Assembly (NCBI RefSeq): GCF_000014265.1
Contig: NC_008312.1
Location: 5,250,001-5,282,000 of the forward strand
Source: Trichodesmium erythraeum IMS101
GTDB taxonomy: Bacteria; Cyanobacteriota; Cyanobacteriia; Cyanobacteriales; Microcoleaceae
DNA: 32,000 nt
Direction: 5' to 3'
Part shown: piece after piece, positions 19,160 through 28,037 of the stretch
Layout: each line of letters starts with the position of its first letter
Position numbering within the stretch: the first letter of the stretch is position 1
Made by a program: the position numbers and the translations under genes
The notes under the pieces: generated by a model
What the model saw: the letters and a program-made list of their open reading frames with translations, nothing else
The model's database searches: none
Told to the model about the DNA's origin: nothing

Positions 19160-22141
19160 ATGGTTGAACAAATATCCCATACTAACTACGAAACTAAAAC
19201 TCAAGAAATAGCTAAACAACTCTTGAAAGCAACTCAGGAAAAAAATCGTTCTTTCTTGGCTCAATTGCAAAATCAAATGCGGTGGGATGATAAGCTCCTT
19301 GACTGGGCAATGGCAAGTCCTGGTTTGCGAGTCCAACTATTTCGTTTTATTGACTGTTTACCAGCATTACGGAGTAAACCAGAAATAGCTGCTCACCTCC
19401 AAGAATATCTGACTACTCAAGAAGTCGAACTTCCAGAAACTCTCAAAAAACTACTCAATTTTGCTAACCCAGACTCTGTTCCTGGTCAACTTGCAGCGAC
19501 TACTGTTGCACCTGCAGTGGAAACTCTCGCTCATAAATATATTGCTGGGGAAAATGTTAAGCAAATCATCAAAACCCTAGAAAAACTACGGAAAGATAAA
19601 ATGTGCTTTACTGTCGACCTCCTTGGAGAAGCAGTCATCACTGAAACTGAAGCACAGTTATATTTAGACCGTTATCTTGAACTGATGACTCAACTTTCCC
19701 AAGCTGCTAATAGCTGGTCATCAATTCCCCAAATAGATGAAGCAGAAGGGGAAAAACTACCACGAGTACAAGTATCGGTAAAACTTACAGCATTTTATTC
19801 TCAGTTTGATCCTCTTGATGTTAAAGGTAGTCAGGAAAGAGTGAGTGATCATGTACGCACTCTACTCAGACATGCTCAAAAACTGGGTGTAGCAGTTCAC
19901 TTTGACATGGAACAATATACTTATAAAGACCTGACTATTGATATTCTTAAAGAATTGTTGATGGAAGAAGAATTTCGCAACCGTAATGATATCGGTGTGA
20001 CAATTCAAGCATATTTGCGGGATAGTGAAAAAGATCTGCAAGGCATTATTGAATGGGCAAAAATTAGAGGTCGTCCCGTTACTGTTCGACTTGTAAAAGG
20101 AGCCTATTGGGATCAGGAAACTATCAAGGCTTTACAACATGACTGGCCCCAACCAGTATTTAATGATAAACCTGAAACTGATGCCAACTTTGAAAAGCTG
20201 ACTTATATGATGCTAGAAAATCATGAATATATTTACTCAGCTATTGGTAGTCATAATGTTCGTTCTCAAGCGAGAGCGATCGCTATTGCTGAAACTCTAA
20301 AAGTTCCTCGGCGGTGCTTTGAGATGCAGGTACTCTATGGTATGGGTGACAAAATAGCTACAATATTAGCAGAAAAGGGTTATCGCGTCCGAGTTTATTG
20401 CCCCTACGGTGATCTTTTACCAGGAATGGCATATTTAATTCGTCGCCTCCTAGAAAATACTGCTAACAGTTCATTTCTCAAACAAAGTTTAGAAAACCGG
20501 CCTTTAGAAGAATTATTGGCAGCACCAAGTATTAATGGTAAAACTACAATTCACGATGTGGTCAAACCAGTTTTCCCTAATGCTGCCGATAGCGACTACG
20601 CTAATTTCCAACAACGGCAACAAGCTTTGAATACTATTGGTCAAATACGACTAGAGTTAGGAAAAACCTATCTGCCAATTATTAATGGTGAATACACAAA
20701 CACAGCACAAATAGTTGATTCACTGAACCCATCAAATTCTAAGGAGGTTGTTGGCAAAATTGGTTTAATATCGGTAGAACAAGCAGAGCAGGCAATTCAA
20801 GCAGCCAAAGCAGCGTTTCCAAGTTGGAAGAAAACACCAGTTCGAGAACGGACAAGGATATTGCGCAAAGCTGCTGACTTAATGGAAAAACGTCGTCATG
20901 AGTTGGCAGCATGGATGGTTTTAGAGGTTGGTAAACCTCTTAACCAAGGTAATGCAGAAGTTTCTGAGGCGATAGATTTTTGTCGTTATTATGCTGATGA
21001 GATGGAACGGTTAGAGCAGGGCTATAATTATGATGTCGCTGGAGAAACTGACCGTTATTATTATCAACCTCGTGGTATTTCTTTAGTAATTTCTCCTTGG
21101 AATTTTCCTCTGGCTATTCCTACTGGAATGACTGTTTCGTCTCTGGTGACAGGTAATTGTACTTTGTTGAAGCCAGCAGCAGTATCATCGGTTATTGCTT
21201 CTAAAATTTCTGAGATTTTGCTAGAAGCTGGTTTTCCTAAGGGGGTATTTCAATTTGTTCCGGGAAATGGTTCCACTGTGGGTGATTTTATGGTGAAGCA
21301 CCCAAGTGTTAATAGTATTACTTTTACTGGTTCGATGGAAGTGGGTTGTCACATTTATGCTCAAGCTGCAGTTTTGCAACCAAGGCAAAAACATTTGAAG
21401 CGAGTTATTGCTGAAATGGGTGGTAAAAATGCGATTATTGTAGATGAAAGTGCAGATCTTGACCAAGCAGTTGCTGGTGTTGTTTATTCTGCTTTTGGAT
21501 ATAGTGGACAGAAATGTTCGGCTTGTTCGCGGGTTGTAGTATTGGCAACAATTTATGATAGTTTTGTGAATCGTTTGGTGGAGGCTACGCGATCGCTCAA
21601 TATAGGGGATGCGGAGAAGCCAAGTACACAAGTTGGTCCGGTAATTGATGAGAAAGCGCAAAAGCGGATTCAGGAATATATTGTGAAAGGTAAGCAGGAA
21701 GCAGAAGTTGCTATTGAGATGAGTGCGCCGAAGGATGGTTATTTTGTTGGTCCTGTGATATTTAAGGATGTGTCGCCAAGTGCAACTATTGCTCAGGAAG
21801 AAATATTTGGTCCTGTGTTGGCAGTAATGAAGGCGGATAATTTTACTCAAGCTTTGGAAATTGCTAATGGGACTAATTTTGCTTTAACTGGGGGGTTATA
21901 TTCCCGTACTCCTTCTCATATTGAACAAGCAAAAGCAGAGTTTGAAGTGGGGAATTTATATATTAATCGTGGAATTACTGGAGCGATCGTTTCTCGACAA
22001 CCATTTGGTGGGTTTAAGTTGTCTGGGGTGGGTTCAAAGGCGGGAGGACCGGATTATTTACTGCAGTTTTTGGAACCGCGCACGATAACTGAGAATATAC
22101 AAAGGCAAGGTTTTGCACCTATAGAGGGTGTGGATAATTGA
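19160..22141 (+). CDS. putA: bifunctional proline dehydrogenase / L-glutamate gamma-semialdehyde (P5C) dehydrogenase
   Basis: 993 aa. The N-terminal half is a PRODH TIM barrel (VRLVKGAYWDQE, YGMGD, LIRRLLENTANSSF). The C-terminal half is an aldehyde dehydrogenase (EMGGKNAIIVD, GQKCSACSR catalytic Cys). Confidence 0.95.
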   Translation: MVEQISHTNYETKTQEIAKQLLKATQEKNRSFLAQLQNQMRWDDKLLDWAMASPGLRVQLFRFIDCLPALRSKPEIAAHLQEYLTTQEVELPETLKKLLNFANPDSVPGQLAATTVAPAVETLAHKYIAGENVKQIIKTLEKLRKDKMCFTVDLLGEAVITETEAQLYLDRYLELMTQLSQAANSWSSIPQIDEAEGEKLPRVQVSVKLTAFYSQFDPLDVKGSQERVSDHVRTLLRHAQKLGVAVHFDMEQYTYKDLTIDILKELLMEEEFRNRNDIGVTIQAYLRDSEKDLQGIIEWAKIRGRPVTVRLVKGAYWDQETIKALQHDWPQPVFNDKPETDANFEKLTYMMLENHEYIYSAIGSHNVRSQARAIAIAETLKVPRRCFEMQVLYGMGDKIATILAEKGYRVRVYCPYGDLLPGMAYLIRRLLENTANSSFLKQSLENRPLEELLAAPSINGKTTIHDVVKPVFPNAADSDYANFQQRQQALNTIGQIRLELGKTYLPIINGEYTNTAQIVDSLNPSNSKEVVGKIGLISVEQAEQAIQAAKAAFPSWKKTPVRERTRILRKAADLMEKRRHELAAWMVLEVGKPLNQGNAEVSEAIDFCRYYADEMERLEQGYNYDVAGETDRYYYQPRGISLVISPWNFPLAIPTGMTVSSLVTGNCTLLKPAAVSSVIASKISEILLEAGFPKGVFQFVPGNGSTVGDFMVKHPSVNSITFTGSMEVGCHIYAQAAVLQPRQKHLKRVIAEMGGKNAIIVDESADLDQAVAGVVYSAFGYSGQKCSACSRVVVLATIYDSFVNRLVEATRSLNIGDAEKPSTQVGPVIDEKAQKRIQEYIVKGKQEAEVAIEMSAPKDGYFVGPVIFKDVSPSATIAQEEIFGPVLAVMKADNFTQALEIANGTNFALTGGLYSRTPSHIEQAKAEFEVGNLYINRGITGAIVSRQPFGGFKLSGVGSKAGGPDYLLQFLEPRTITENIQRQGFAPIEGVDN

Positions 22142-22155
22142 AGTTAGATTGAGTT

Positions 22156-22183
22156 GTGGGGAGGTTAAATACAACTTCCCTAC
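22156..22183 (+). terminator. stable stem-loop 15 nt after the putA stop (no U-tract)
   Basis: 11-bp stem GTGGGGAGGTT / AACTTCCCTAC (2 G-U pairs) with loop AAATAC. No T-run follows, so it may be a 3'-end stabiliser rather than a canonical terminator. Confidence 0.35.
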
Positions 22184-22277
22184 TCAGCAATGCCAAAGAC
22201 TGGAGTCGGAACAAAAATAATTGCAGTACATCAACATCAGCGATAACATCAGCGATCTGGAACCTAATTAAATCTAA

Positions 22278-22484
22278 GAGGAAGGAATAAAAATTGGAAT
22301 ATAAATTGGACGGGAGCAAGTGGTGAAAGAGTTCTTAGGTCAAGTTCACAGAAAGTTTGGAGAGATAGCTCCAGAAGTTAAAACTCAGATAGAGCAGTTA
22401 TCTTTGGAAAATTTAGATTTTTTAGGAGAAGAAATTTTTGATTTGGCAGTGATGATAGATTTGGAAAACTGGTTAGCTAATTAA
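22278..22484 (+). pseudogene. relic of an Rpn/PD-(D/E)XK-type gene, C-terminal DUF4351 tail only
   Basis: The frame reads EEGIKIGI*IGREQVVKEFLGQVHRKFGEIAPEVKTQIEQLSLENLDFLGEEIFDLAVMIDLENWLAN*. The ...RRFGE...LSLEQLE.LGEALLDF..L.DL..WL pattern is the DUF4351 tail of cyanobacterial Rpn-like proteins. There is an in-frame stop at 22302-22304. The nuclease domain has no room, because putA ends at 22141. Confidence 0.6.
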
Positions 22485-23213
22485 CAAGTAGTTAGTTAAC
22501 TCGCACTATAACGGTTTTCACATATAAAGCTTCTCTTTTCTGCCCTCTCATAAAAATGAGGTGAAATTTTTGGTGTAATCAGGTTTTGTCGAATGTTTCT
22601 TTGATTATTCTTGTAGTTTGGTTCAAGCCAGATATACTATTTGGGGTAGGGCTAAAACTACAAACAAAAATTCCTGTTTTCATTTAGGTACATACCAAGA
22701 CCGCACTTTATCTAAAGTTACAGGTATTCAGTCTGACACATCAATAGTAAAACGATAAACTTTCTTGGCTCTCCTGGTATTATCTGGGTTACAAAATTTC
22801 AATTTCACATCCCAACAGTTGCTATTATAAGGACAGAAAGAACTTTTCTGTCACTCAAGACTGTGCAACTTTATGCCAATAGCTACTGCTTCAGAAATAG
22901 TCGCCGTTGCTTGAAAAGTATTTGTTGCTGCAAGGTTGAGGGCGCGTCGCGGTCTGCCTGACCCCAGTTGCGCTGCTCAAAATTAGGAGAAAATAGACTT
23001 AAAGAACTATGCTTAGACAAAAACTTTCAGTTTGCATTCTGTGGAGCTCATGTAAGATCTAAAAAATTCTGATTTTCCTTAAACATTAAGACAAAAATTA
23101 TAGTCTGTCAAAATTTATTTTATGGGAAATTGATCAAAATTTTCCTCAAATTAATTTTCTTGTCTTGTCTTCTAAATTTAGTTTTAATTCATCCTTTAAA
23201 AATTGACAAAAGA

Positions 23214-24002
23214 CTAAGCACCCATCCCTGAATATTGCTTTAACCCTAGTCGCCACAACCAACGGTTTAACCCAAAAAAAATACCACTCCAAAGCAAAAG
23301 AACTAATAACCCTCTACCAATATCGACGGGTAACCCTACTAAGACAGAGGCAGGAAAATAAACCAGATAAGGAAATGGAGTCCATAAGACTATTTTAAGC
23401 GCTAATTCTGGAAATACTTCTAGTGGAGCAGTTGTTCCCGATAAAAAGATATAAGGTAATAACCAAAGTTGCTCCATCGCGCTGGCTCTTTCAGTCCAAA
23501 ATGCACACATAGCTAATGTATATTGAATTAAAAATCGCAATATAAACCCCATGAAAACTGTGATTAAAAATAACAAAAAACTACTCAAATTAGGCAACCA
23601 AAATGACTGTGGATAGAGAACAAAAAATAACAAGACTAAACCTAAAACAAAAAATCCTTTAGCAAATCTTTCTGAAATATGATCTGCTATATGATGGAAT
23701 ACTGGATCTATTGGTTGTAATAATTTTAGAGATAACTTTCCCTTAAGAACTTCCACTTCAAAATTAAAAATTACCCAAACAGGAGTTATAGACTCAACAA
23801 TAAATACTGCCAAGAAATAACGAGAAAACTGTAATTTATCTAATGGAAATTCACCTTTAACTGCAGCTTCTATCCAGAGACCCATCATAATAAAAGGTAA
23901 AGAAGACGATAATACCCATAATAATAATTCGGCTCTATATTCTACATTAAAAGCGTAGTAAGTAGAGATGAAAACTTTTGCAGTTTTGATAAATTCTTTC
24001 AT
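23214..24002 (-). CDS. ABC-2 family transporter permease (ABC2_membrane_6 / DUF990-like)
   Basis: 262 aa with about 6 hydrophobic helices. The N-terminus FISTYYAFNVEYRAELLLWVL and the C-terminal ...LWRLGLKQYSGMGA are typical of this permease family. Confidence 0.75.
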   Translation of the reverse strand: MKEFIKTAKVFISTYYAFNVEYRAELLLWVLSSSLPFIMMGLWIEAAVKGEFPLDKLQFSRYFLAVFIVESITPVWVIFNFEVEVLKGKLSLKLLQPIDPVFHHIADHISERFAKGFFVLGLVLLFFVLYPQSFWLPNLSSFLLFLITVFMGFILRFLIQYTLAMCAFWTERASAMEQLWLLPYIFLSGTTAPLEVFPELALKIVLWTPFPYLVYFPASVLVGLPVDIGRGLLVLLLWSGIFFGLNRWLWRLGLKQYSGMGA

Positions 24003-24176
24003 TTTTTTTAATTTTGTAAGACTTTAATGCCAAATTCTAGTAAAAAAAGTGTGCACTCAATATAATTTAGACAAGAGGGAGGTAGGTATAAAGTTTTTAT
24101 AAAAGGTCGGTGCAGCATAATAATAATTAATATTAAATCAACTAAAATTAGCAGTAAAGTGATTTAAAAGTTATTA

Positions 24177-24269
24177 ATTTTGTGTGAATTACTGAATAAC
24201 TAAAATCTTTGCAAAGATGATATAATTGTTCTTAATTAGTGTTAGGTTTATTAAACATATGACTAAAAA
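24177..24269. repeat. 93-nt repeat, copy A
   Basis: Ungapped comparison with 24546-24638 gives 68/93 identities. Positions 1-30 match 27/30 and positions 61-80 match 18/20; the centre is divergent. Copy A contains TGATATAAT (an extended -10 consensus). Confidence 0.75.
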
Positions 24270-24545
24270 TAATTGTAATTATTTATCAAATTATTATTAA
24301 ATGTAAAATAAATTTAGGTAAAATATTGATTCCTATACTTACTGTGAATTACTATAATTTATACTTATTCACTACCAATTGGATAAATTTCAACCTGCTG
24401 ACCTGCTACCAATTAATTCAACAGCCTAATTTATCACCATTTTCTATTTACTCTTAGATTTTTTCTATAATTTTTTAATGGTTAATCAATTGATGATATT
24501 AATGCAATTACAAAATCAAGATATATATTAGCAATAAAGTTCTTG

Positions 24546-24638
24546 ATTTTGTGTAAATTACTTAATAACTGAAATATTCTTCAAGGTAGCATGAATTTTA
24601 GGAATTAGTATTAGGTTTATTAACCATAGACTGAAAAA
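24546..24638. repeat. 93-nt repeat, copy B
   Basis: See copy A. It lies in the same orientation, 369 bp downstream. A third partial core (GTGAATTACT) is at 24344-24353. Confidence 0.75.
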
Positions 24639-24680
24639 AAGAATATACTCATAAGTGGAAAGCATCCACTTCATAGTTGA

Positions 24681-25754
24681 CTACAAACGCCGACATAGTA
24701 TCCACCGTAACTCTAAAGGGGGTTTACCATTCGCCAAAGGAAAAACATCTCTACCAGTCGCCCAACTTTCAAACCAACTTGTGGGAGGCCATTCTGTTTT
24801 TGGTAAATGCTGACGTTCATATTCAATAACTAATTCATTAGAAACACTGACTAAGGGTAAACCTTCCATCGCTTTTGTTAATTCTTCAGATGTAAACAAA
24901 GTCGACCAACATAACTGCGCTGTGTCTTGTACTAATTTATCTGGAACATATTCATTTACTGTCAAAAATATATTGAACAAAAGCAAACCACCAGAACAAA
25001 TAAAATCAGACATTTTTGCTAGAAATAACCGCAAGTCTTCTACATCGCGAAAATGAGATACTACCTCTGTAGCGATCGCTAACTGATAAAAGGCTGGTCG
25101 TAACCTGATCAGTGGATCAAGAATATCTCCCTTGATCACATTAATTGATAAATTTTCTGTAGCTATTGCTGTTTGTAACTGTTCAACAAAAACAGGGGTT
25201 AACTCTAAAACATCTACATAATGACCCATACGGGCCAAGGGTAAAGCATTTCTACCTGTAGCTCCCCCGACGTCTAAGATTTTAGTAGAGTTTTCCCCAA
25301 ATTCTGCGACAGTTGCTAAGACCTTAGCATCAGGGTAGGAACCAAATAAAGGAGGTTTTCTATGATCTACCCAAGATTTATAATGTTCTCCCAGGGTTGG
25401 AGTGCGAAGAATTACTTGACAAGCCATACCTTTTTCTGGAGATTTTAGCAATTCATATTGAATAACCAACATTGCAGTTGCAGAAATATTATATCCTTCT
25501 GCTAGCTTCTTTTGGAGCATTTGACTGAACTGTTGCTGTCTTTCTCTGGGCATTGGTCTACCCAGATGAGAAAATAATTTTTCTACAACATTCATGTAAT
25601 AGTCCAGCATACCAGGCAGACATGGAAGCACCAACTCACCACAACCTGAAATATAGCTATCAAGCTTGTATAAAATAGCTTTTTTGAGAATAGCTGGAGA
25701 AGTTACATAAGTTAGTTGGTCACTTATGGGAAATGTCTGTTCCTGGTTCATCAA
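24681..25754 (-). CDS. class I SAM-dependent methyltransferase with an N-terminal extension
   Basis: Motif I ILDVGGATGRNALPLARMG and the acidic post-I residue in VDVLELT. About 150 aa of unassigned N-terminal sequence. Confidence 0.8.
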   Translation of the reverse strand: MMNQEQTFPISDQLTYVTSPAILKKAILYKLDSYISGCGELVLPCLPGMLDYYMNVVEKLFSHLGRPMPRERQQQFSQMLQKKLAEGYNISATAMLVIQYELLKSPEKGMACQVILRTPTLGEHYKSWVDHRKPPLFGSYPDAKVLATVAEFGENSTKILDVGGATGRNALPLARMGHYVDVLELTPVFVEQLQTAIATENLSINVIKGDILDPLIRLRPAFYQLAIATEVVSHFRDVEDLRLFLAKMSDFICSGGLLLFNIFLTVNEYVPDKLVQDTAQLCWSTLFTSEELTKAMEGLPLVSVSNELVIEYERQHLPKTEWPPTSWFESWATGRDVFPLANGKPPLELRWILCRRL

Positions 25755-25920
25755 CAGATTTTACTTTGATATATCAAATTAATTGTTAAGATAGTCAACT
25801 TGCTCTTTGCAGAAATATACAAAAATCTATAATATCTATAATTATCTAGTTCTTTGCTTATTTATTTCTGTTTTTGCTTTAAACTAGTAATGTTGGTCTT
25901 ATCGATCTTGATTCTTAGTT

Positions 25921-25990
25921 AACTTTTAACTTTTAACTTTTAATTTTTGACTTTTAATTTTTGACTTTTATTTTTTAATTTTTGACTTAC
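25921..25990. repeat. heptamer tandem array (AACTTTT/AATTTTT/GACTTTT, about 10 units)
   Basis: Units read aactttt x3, aattttt, gactttt, aattttt, gactttt, atttttt, aattttt, gacttac. The array ends 5 nt before the stop of the PSRP-3 gene. Confidence 0.85.
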
Positions 25991-25995
25991 TATTA

Positions 25996-26295
25996 CTAAT
26001 TAGTACCTGTAAAAACTATTTCTGGAAACTTTGCCTGAGCTTCTAAGAAGGGCCTTCTTCTTCCCTCTTCTTGCCAATAGCTAATTATTTCAGTGGCCTT
26101 ATTCAAAAGAGCCACCCGATCTGCTTCTGAAATCCAATGTTTACCTTCTAATTCTTTTTTGAGTTGCTCCCAAGCATCATTCCGAGGCCAGAAAAAGTAA
26201 CAAGTTAGAGGACTCGTACCATTTCCTACCACTTGATCTACAGCAAGTGCTACATTATCGTCTAACCAAACTACTTTTAATATGAATTTGGACAA
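25996..26295 (-). CDS. ycf65: 30S ribosomal protein PSRP-3 / Ycf65
   Basis: [55 protein letters not shown] is the PSRP-3 signature. The start is a TTG preceded by GGAGG at a 4-nt spacing. Confidence 0.85.
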
Positions 26296-26367
26296 TTTAC
26301 CTCCTGGCCAATTTTAGGCTAAATTTAAAACTTTACACATAAAATTTTATTTTACCATAGAAATTTG

Positions 26368-27183
26368 ATGATGAATAAAGCAATTTTAGTTTTCGATGTT
26401 GATGGTGTAATTCGAGATGTGGGTAGGTCTTATCGACGGGCGATCGCGGATACGGTAAAGCATTTTACATGGGGGGCGTTTTGCCCCACTTTGGTAGATA
26501 TTGATGAGCTTAAGTCTGAGGGAGTTTGGAATAATGACTGGGAAGCTTCCCAAGAATTAGTCTATAGGTATTTTGAGGGTCAAGGTAAAAAACGGGAGGA
26601 TATAGATTTAGATTATCAAAAGTTAGTAGCTTTTTTTCAGGCTCGTTATCGGGGGGTGGATGAGAATAACTGGAATGGTTATATTTGTTCGGAACCTTTG
26701 TTAATAAGTTCTAGTTATTTTGAGGGTTTGACGGAAGCTGGTTTGTTTTGGGGGTTTTTTAGTGGAGCAATGAGACCGGAAATAGCTTATGTTTTGGAGA
26801 GAAAGTTAGGGTTGAGTTCTCCAGTGGTGGTAGGGATGGAAGATGCGCCAGGAAAACCTGACCCGACAGGGTTGCTGGCTGTAGTAGAGGAGTTGGAAAA
26901 ACGACATGGTTTGCCTGAAAATCTACCTGTCATTTATGCTGGTGATACAGTTGGAGATCTATATACGGTACAGAATGCTCGTCAGCAGAGGCCATTGAGA
27001 ACTTGGGTCGGAGTGGGTGTGTTGCCACCTCATGTGCAGGAAAATGACGAAAGACAGTATGTTTATCTTGGTAAGTTATTGGAGGCAGGGGCAAAAGTTG
27101 TTTTGAATAGTATTGAAGAGTTGTCTATAGGGGCGACGGATAATGAGAAGCTTTTTGATGTTCTATTGCACCAAAAGGGTTAG
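26368..27183 (+). CDS. HAD-superfamily hydrolase (subfamily IA-like)
   Basis: Motif I VFDVDGVIRD and motif IV GDTVGD. I prefer the ATG at 26368 to the TTG at 26365. Confidence 0.8.
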   Translation: MMNKAILVFDVDGVIRDVGRSYRRAIADTVKHFTWGAFCPTLVDIDELKSEGVWNNDWEASQELVYRYFEGQGKKREDIDLDYQKLVAFFQARYRGVDENNWNGYICSEPLLISSSYFEGLTEAGLFWGFFSGAMRPEIAYVLERKLGLSSPVVVGMEDAPGKPDPTGLLAVVEELEKRHGLPENLPVIYAGDTVGDLYTVQNARQQRPLRTWVGVGVLPPHVQENDERQYVYLGKLLEAGAKVVLNSIEELSIGATDNEKLFDVLLHQKG

Positions 27184-27517
27184 TAACTGTTATATCTATG
27201 TGTTGGTCATATTTTGGAGCTACATTACTTGCCCAAAAAATTATCTGGGCATCTGTAGTGTGCTCTCTTTTTGACTATTGCTTTAAGAGCGATCGCCAAA
27301 CTGACCCCAAAAAATCTATTGTATAGCTGGGTAGATAGGAATATGGGGAGATGGGGAAGTTTAATATTGAAGGAATTATAGAATTATAAGGATATACTAT
27401 TTATATAACTGAATTTTGAGTCATCCCTATTTGAGAAAAAATTTAGGTCAATAGTCTATCCTTTCAAAGAGAAAAAATTCTATTTAGTATTTCCAGTTTC
27501 TGGCTTCAGCGGTCGGT

Positions 27518-27538
27518 ACTGATAACTGATAACTGAAA
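27518..27538. repeat. heptamer array ACTGATA x2 + ACTGAAA
   Basis: The sequence reads actgata actgata actgaaa. This is the reverse-complement family of the AGTTATC array at 13702-13736. Confidence 0.7.
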
Positions 27539-27603
27539 TAACTCTAAAGACAAATATATACAGGACTTACCCCAAGAAACTATATGTGATACATGATAAT
27601 TTC

Positions 27604-27660
27604 ACAGCCACTAAGTAGGTAGGTTAGGTTGAAAAATAAAATCTAACAACTCTCATATTA
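27604..27660. repeat. short direct repeat, copy 1 (ACAGCCACTAA...TAGGTTAGGTTGAAAAATAAAA...)
   Basis: It matches 27698-27755 (94-bp period) with small indels. It ends in a local duplication of AACTCTCATATTA (27648-27660 and 27662-27674). Confidence 0.75.
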
Positions 27661-27697
27661 AAACTCTCATATTAATAGCTATAGAAAATTGTATATA

Positions 27698-27755
27698 ACA
27701 GCCACTAATTTGTAGGTTAGGTTGAAAAATAAAAAATTTTACAATTCTCTTATTA
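27698..27755. repeat. short direct repeat, copy 2
   Basis: See copy 1. The shared 15-mer TTAGGTTGAAAAATA also occurs inverted at 28103-28117. Confidence 0.75.
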
Positions 27756-28011
27756 GCATTTCATCAATATTCTCTATTCCTAAAGTCTTCAGAAACAAAT
27801 CATCAGGAATGTAAATTATTATGGAAAAGCTTGCCCAAATTTAGAAAAATTTTTCTCCCCTTTTTATAACTCAAATATTGACGCCAGAAATTATTTTTAT
27901 ACGGCCAAAATTACAATTAAAATTTAGCTTTTCAAGGTCGTGCAAATAACTGGTGAATGAGTAAATTAAAGCAAACAATATACTTAGATGTAATTGAAAT
28001 AGAAAACTTAA

Positions 28012-28037
28012 AAATAGTAGGTAATCTCCTACTATTT
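28012..28037 (-). terminator. intrinsic-terminator-like hairpin (minus strand)
   Basis: Perfect 10-bp stem AAATAGTAGG / CCTACTATTT with loop TAATCT. On the minus strand it is followed by TTAAGTTTTCT. It lies about 500 bp downstream of the SDR gene stop. Confidence 0.3.

Noticed and set aside
19139-19336. 65-codon minus-strand ORF over the putA start
   Set aside because: It is antisense to the putA 5' end with no support.
21221-21850. 209-codon minus-strand ORF inside putA
   Set aside because: It is entirely antisense to a strongly supported 993-aa gene. The translation is low-complexity (N/I/L/K/T/F-rich), as expected for the antisense frame of an AT-rich gene, and there are no motifs.
22119-22319. 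66-codon minus-strand ORF after putA
   Set aside because: The plus strand of the same interval carries the linker of the DUF4351 relic and the putA 3' hairpin. The minus-strand peptide has no motif.
25921-25990. Regularly spaced short repeats that might be mistaken for a CRISPR array (also 4434-4482 and 13702-13736)
   Set aside because: The units are contiguous 7-mers with no spacers, and no cas genes are present. These are STRR-type heptamer arrays, not CRISPR.
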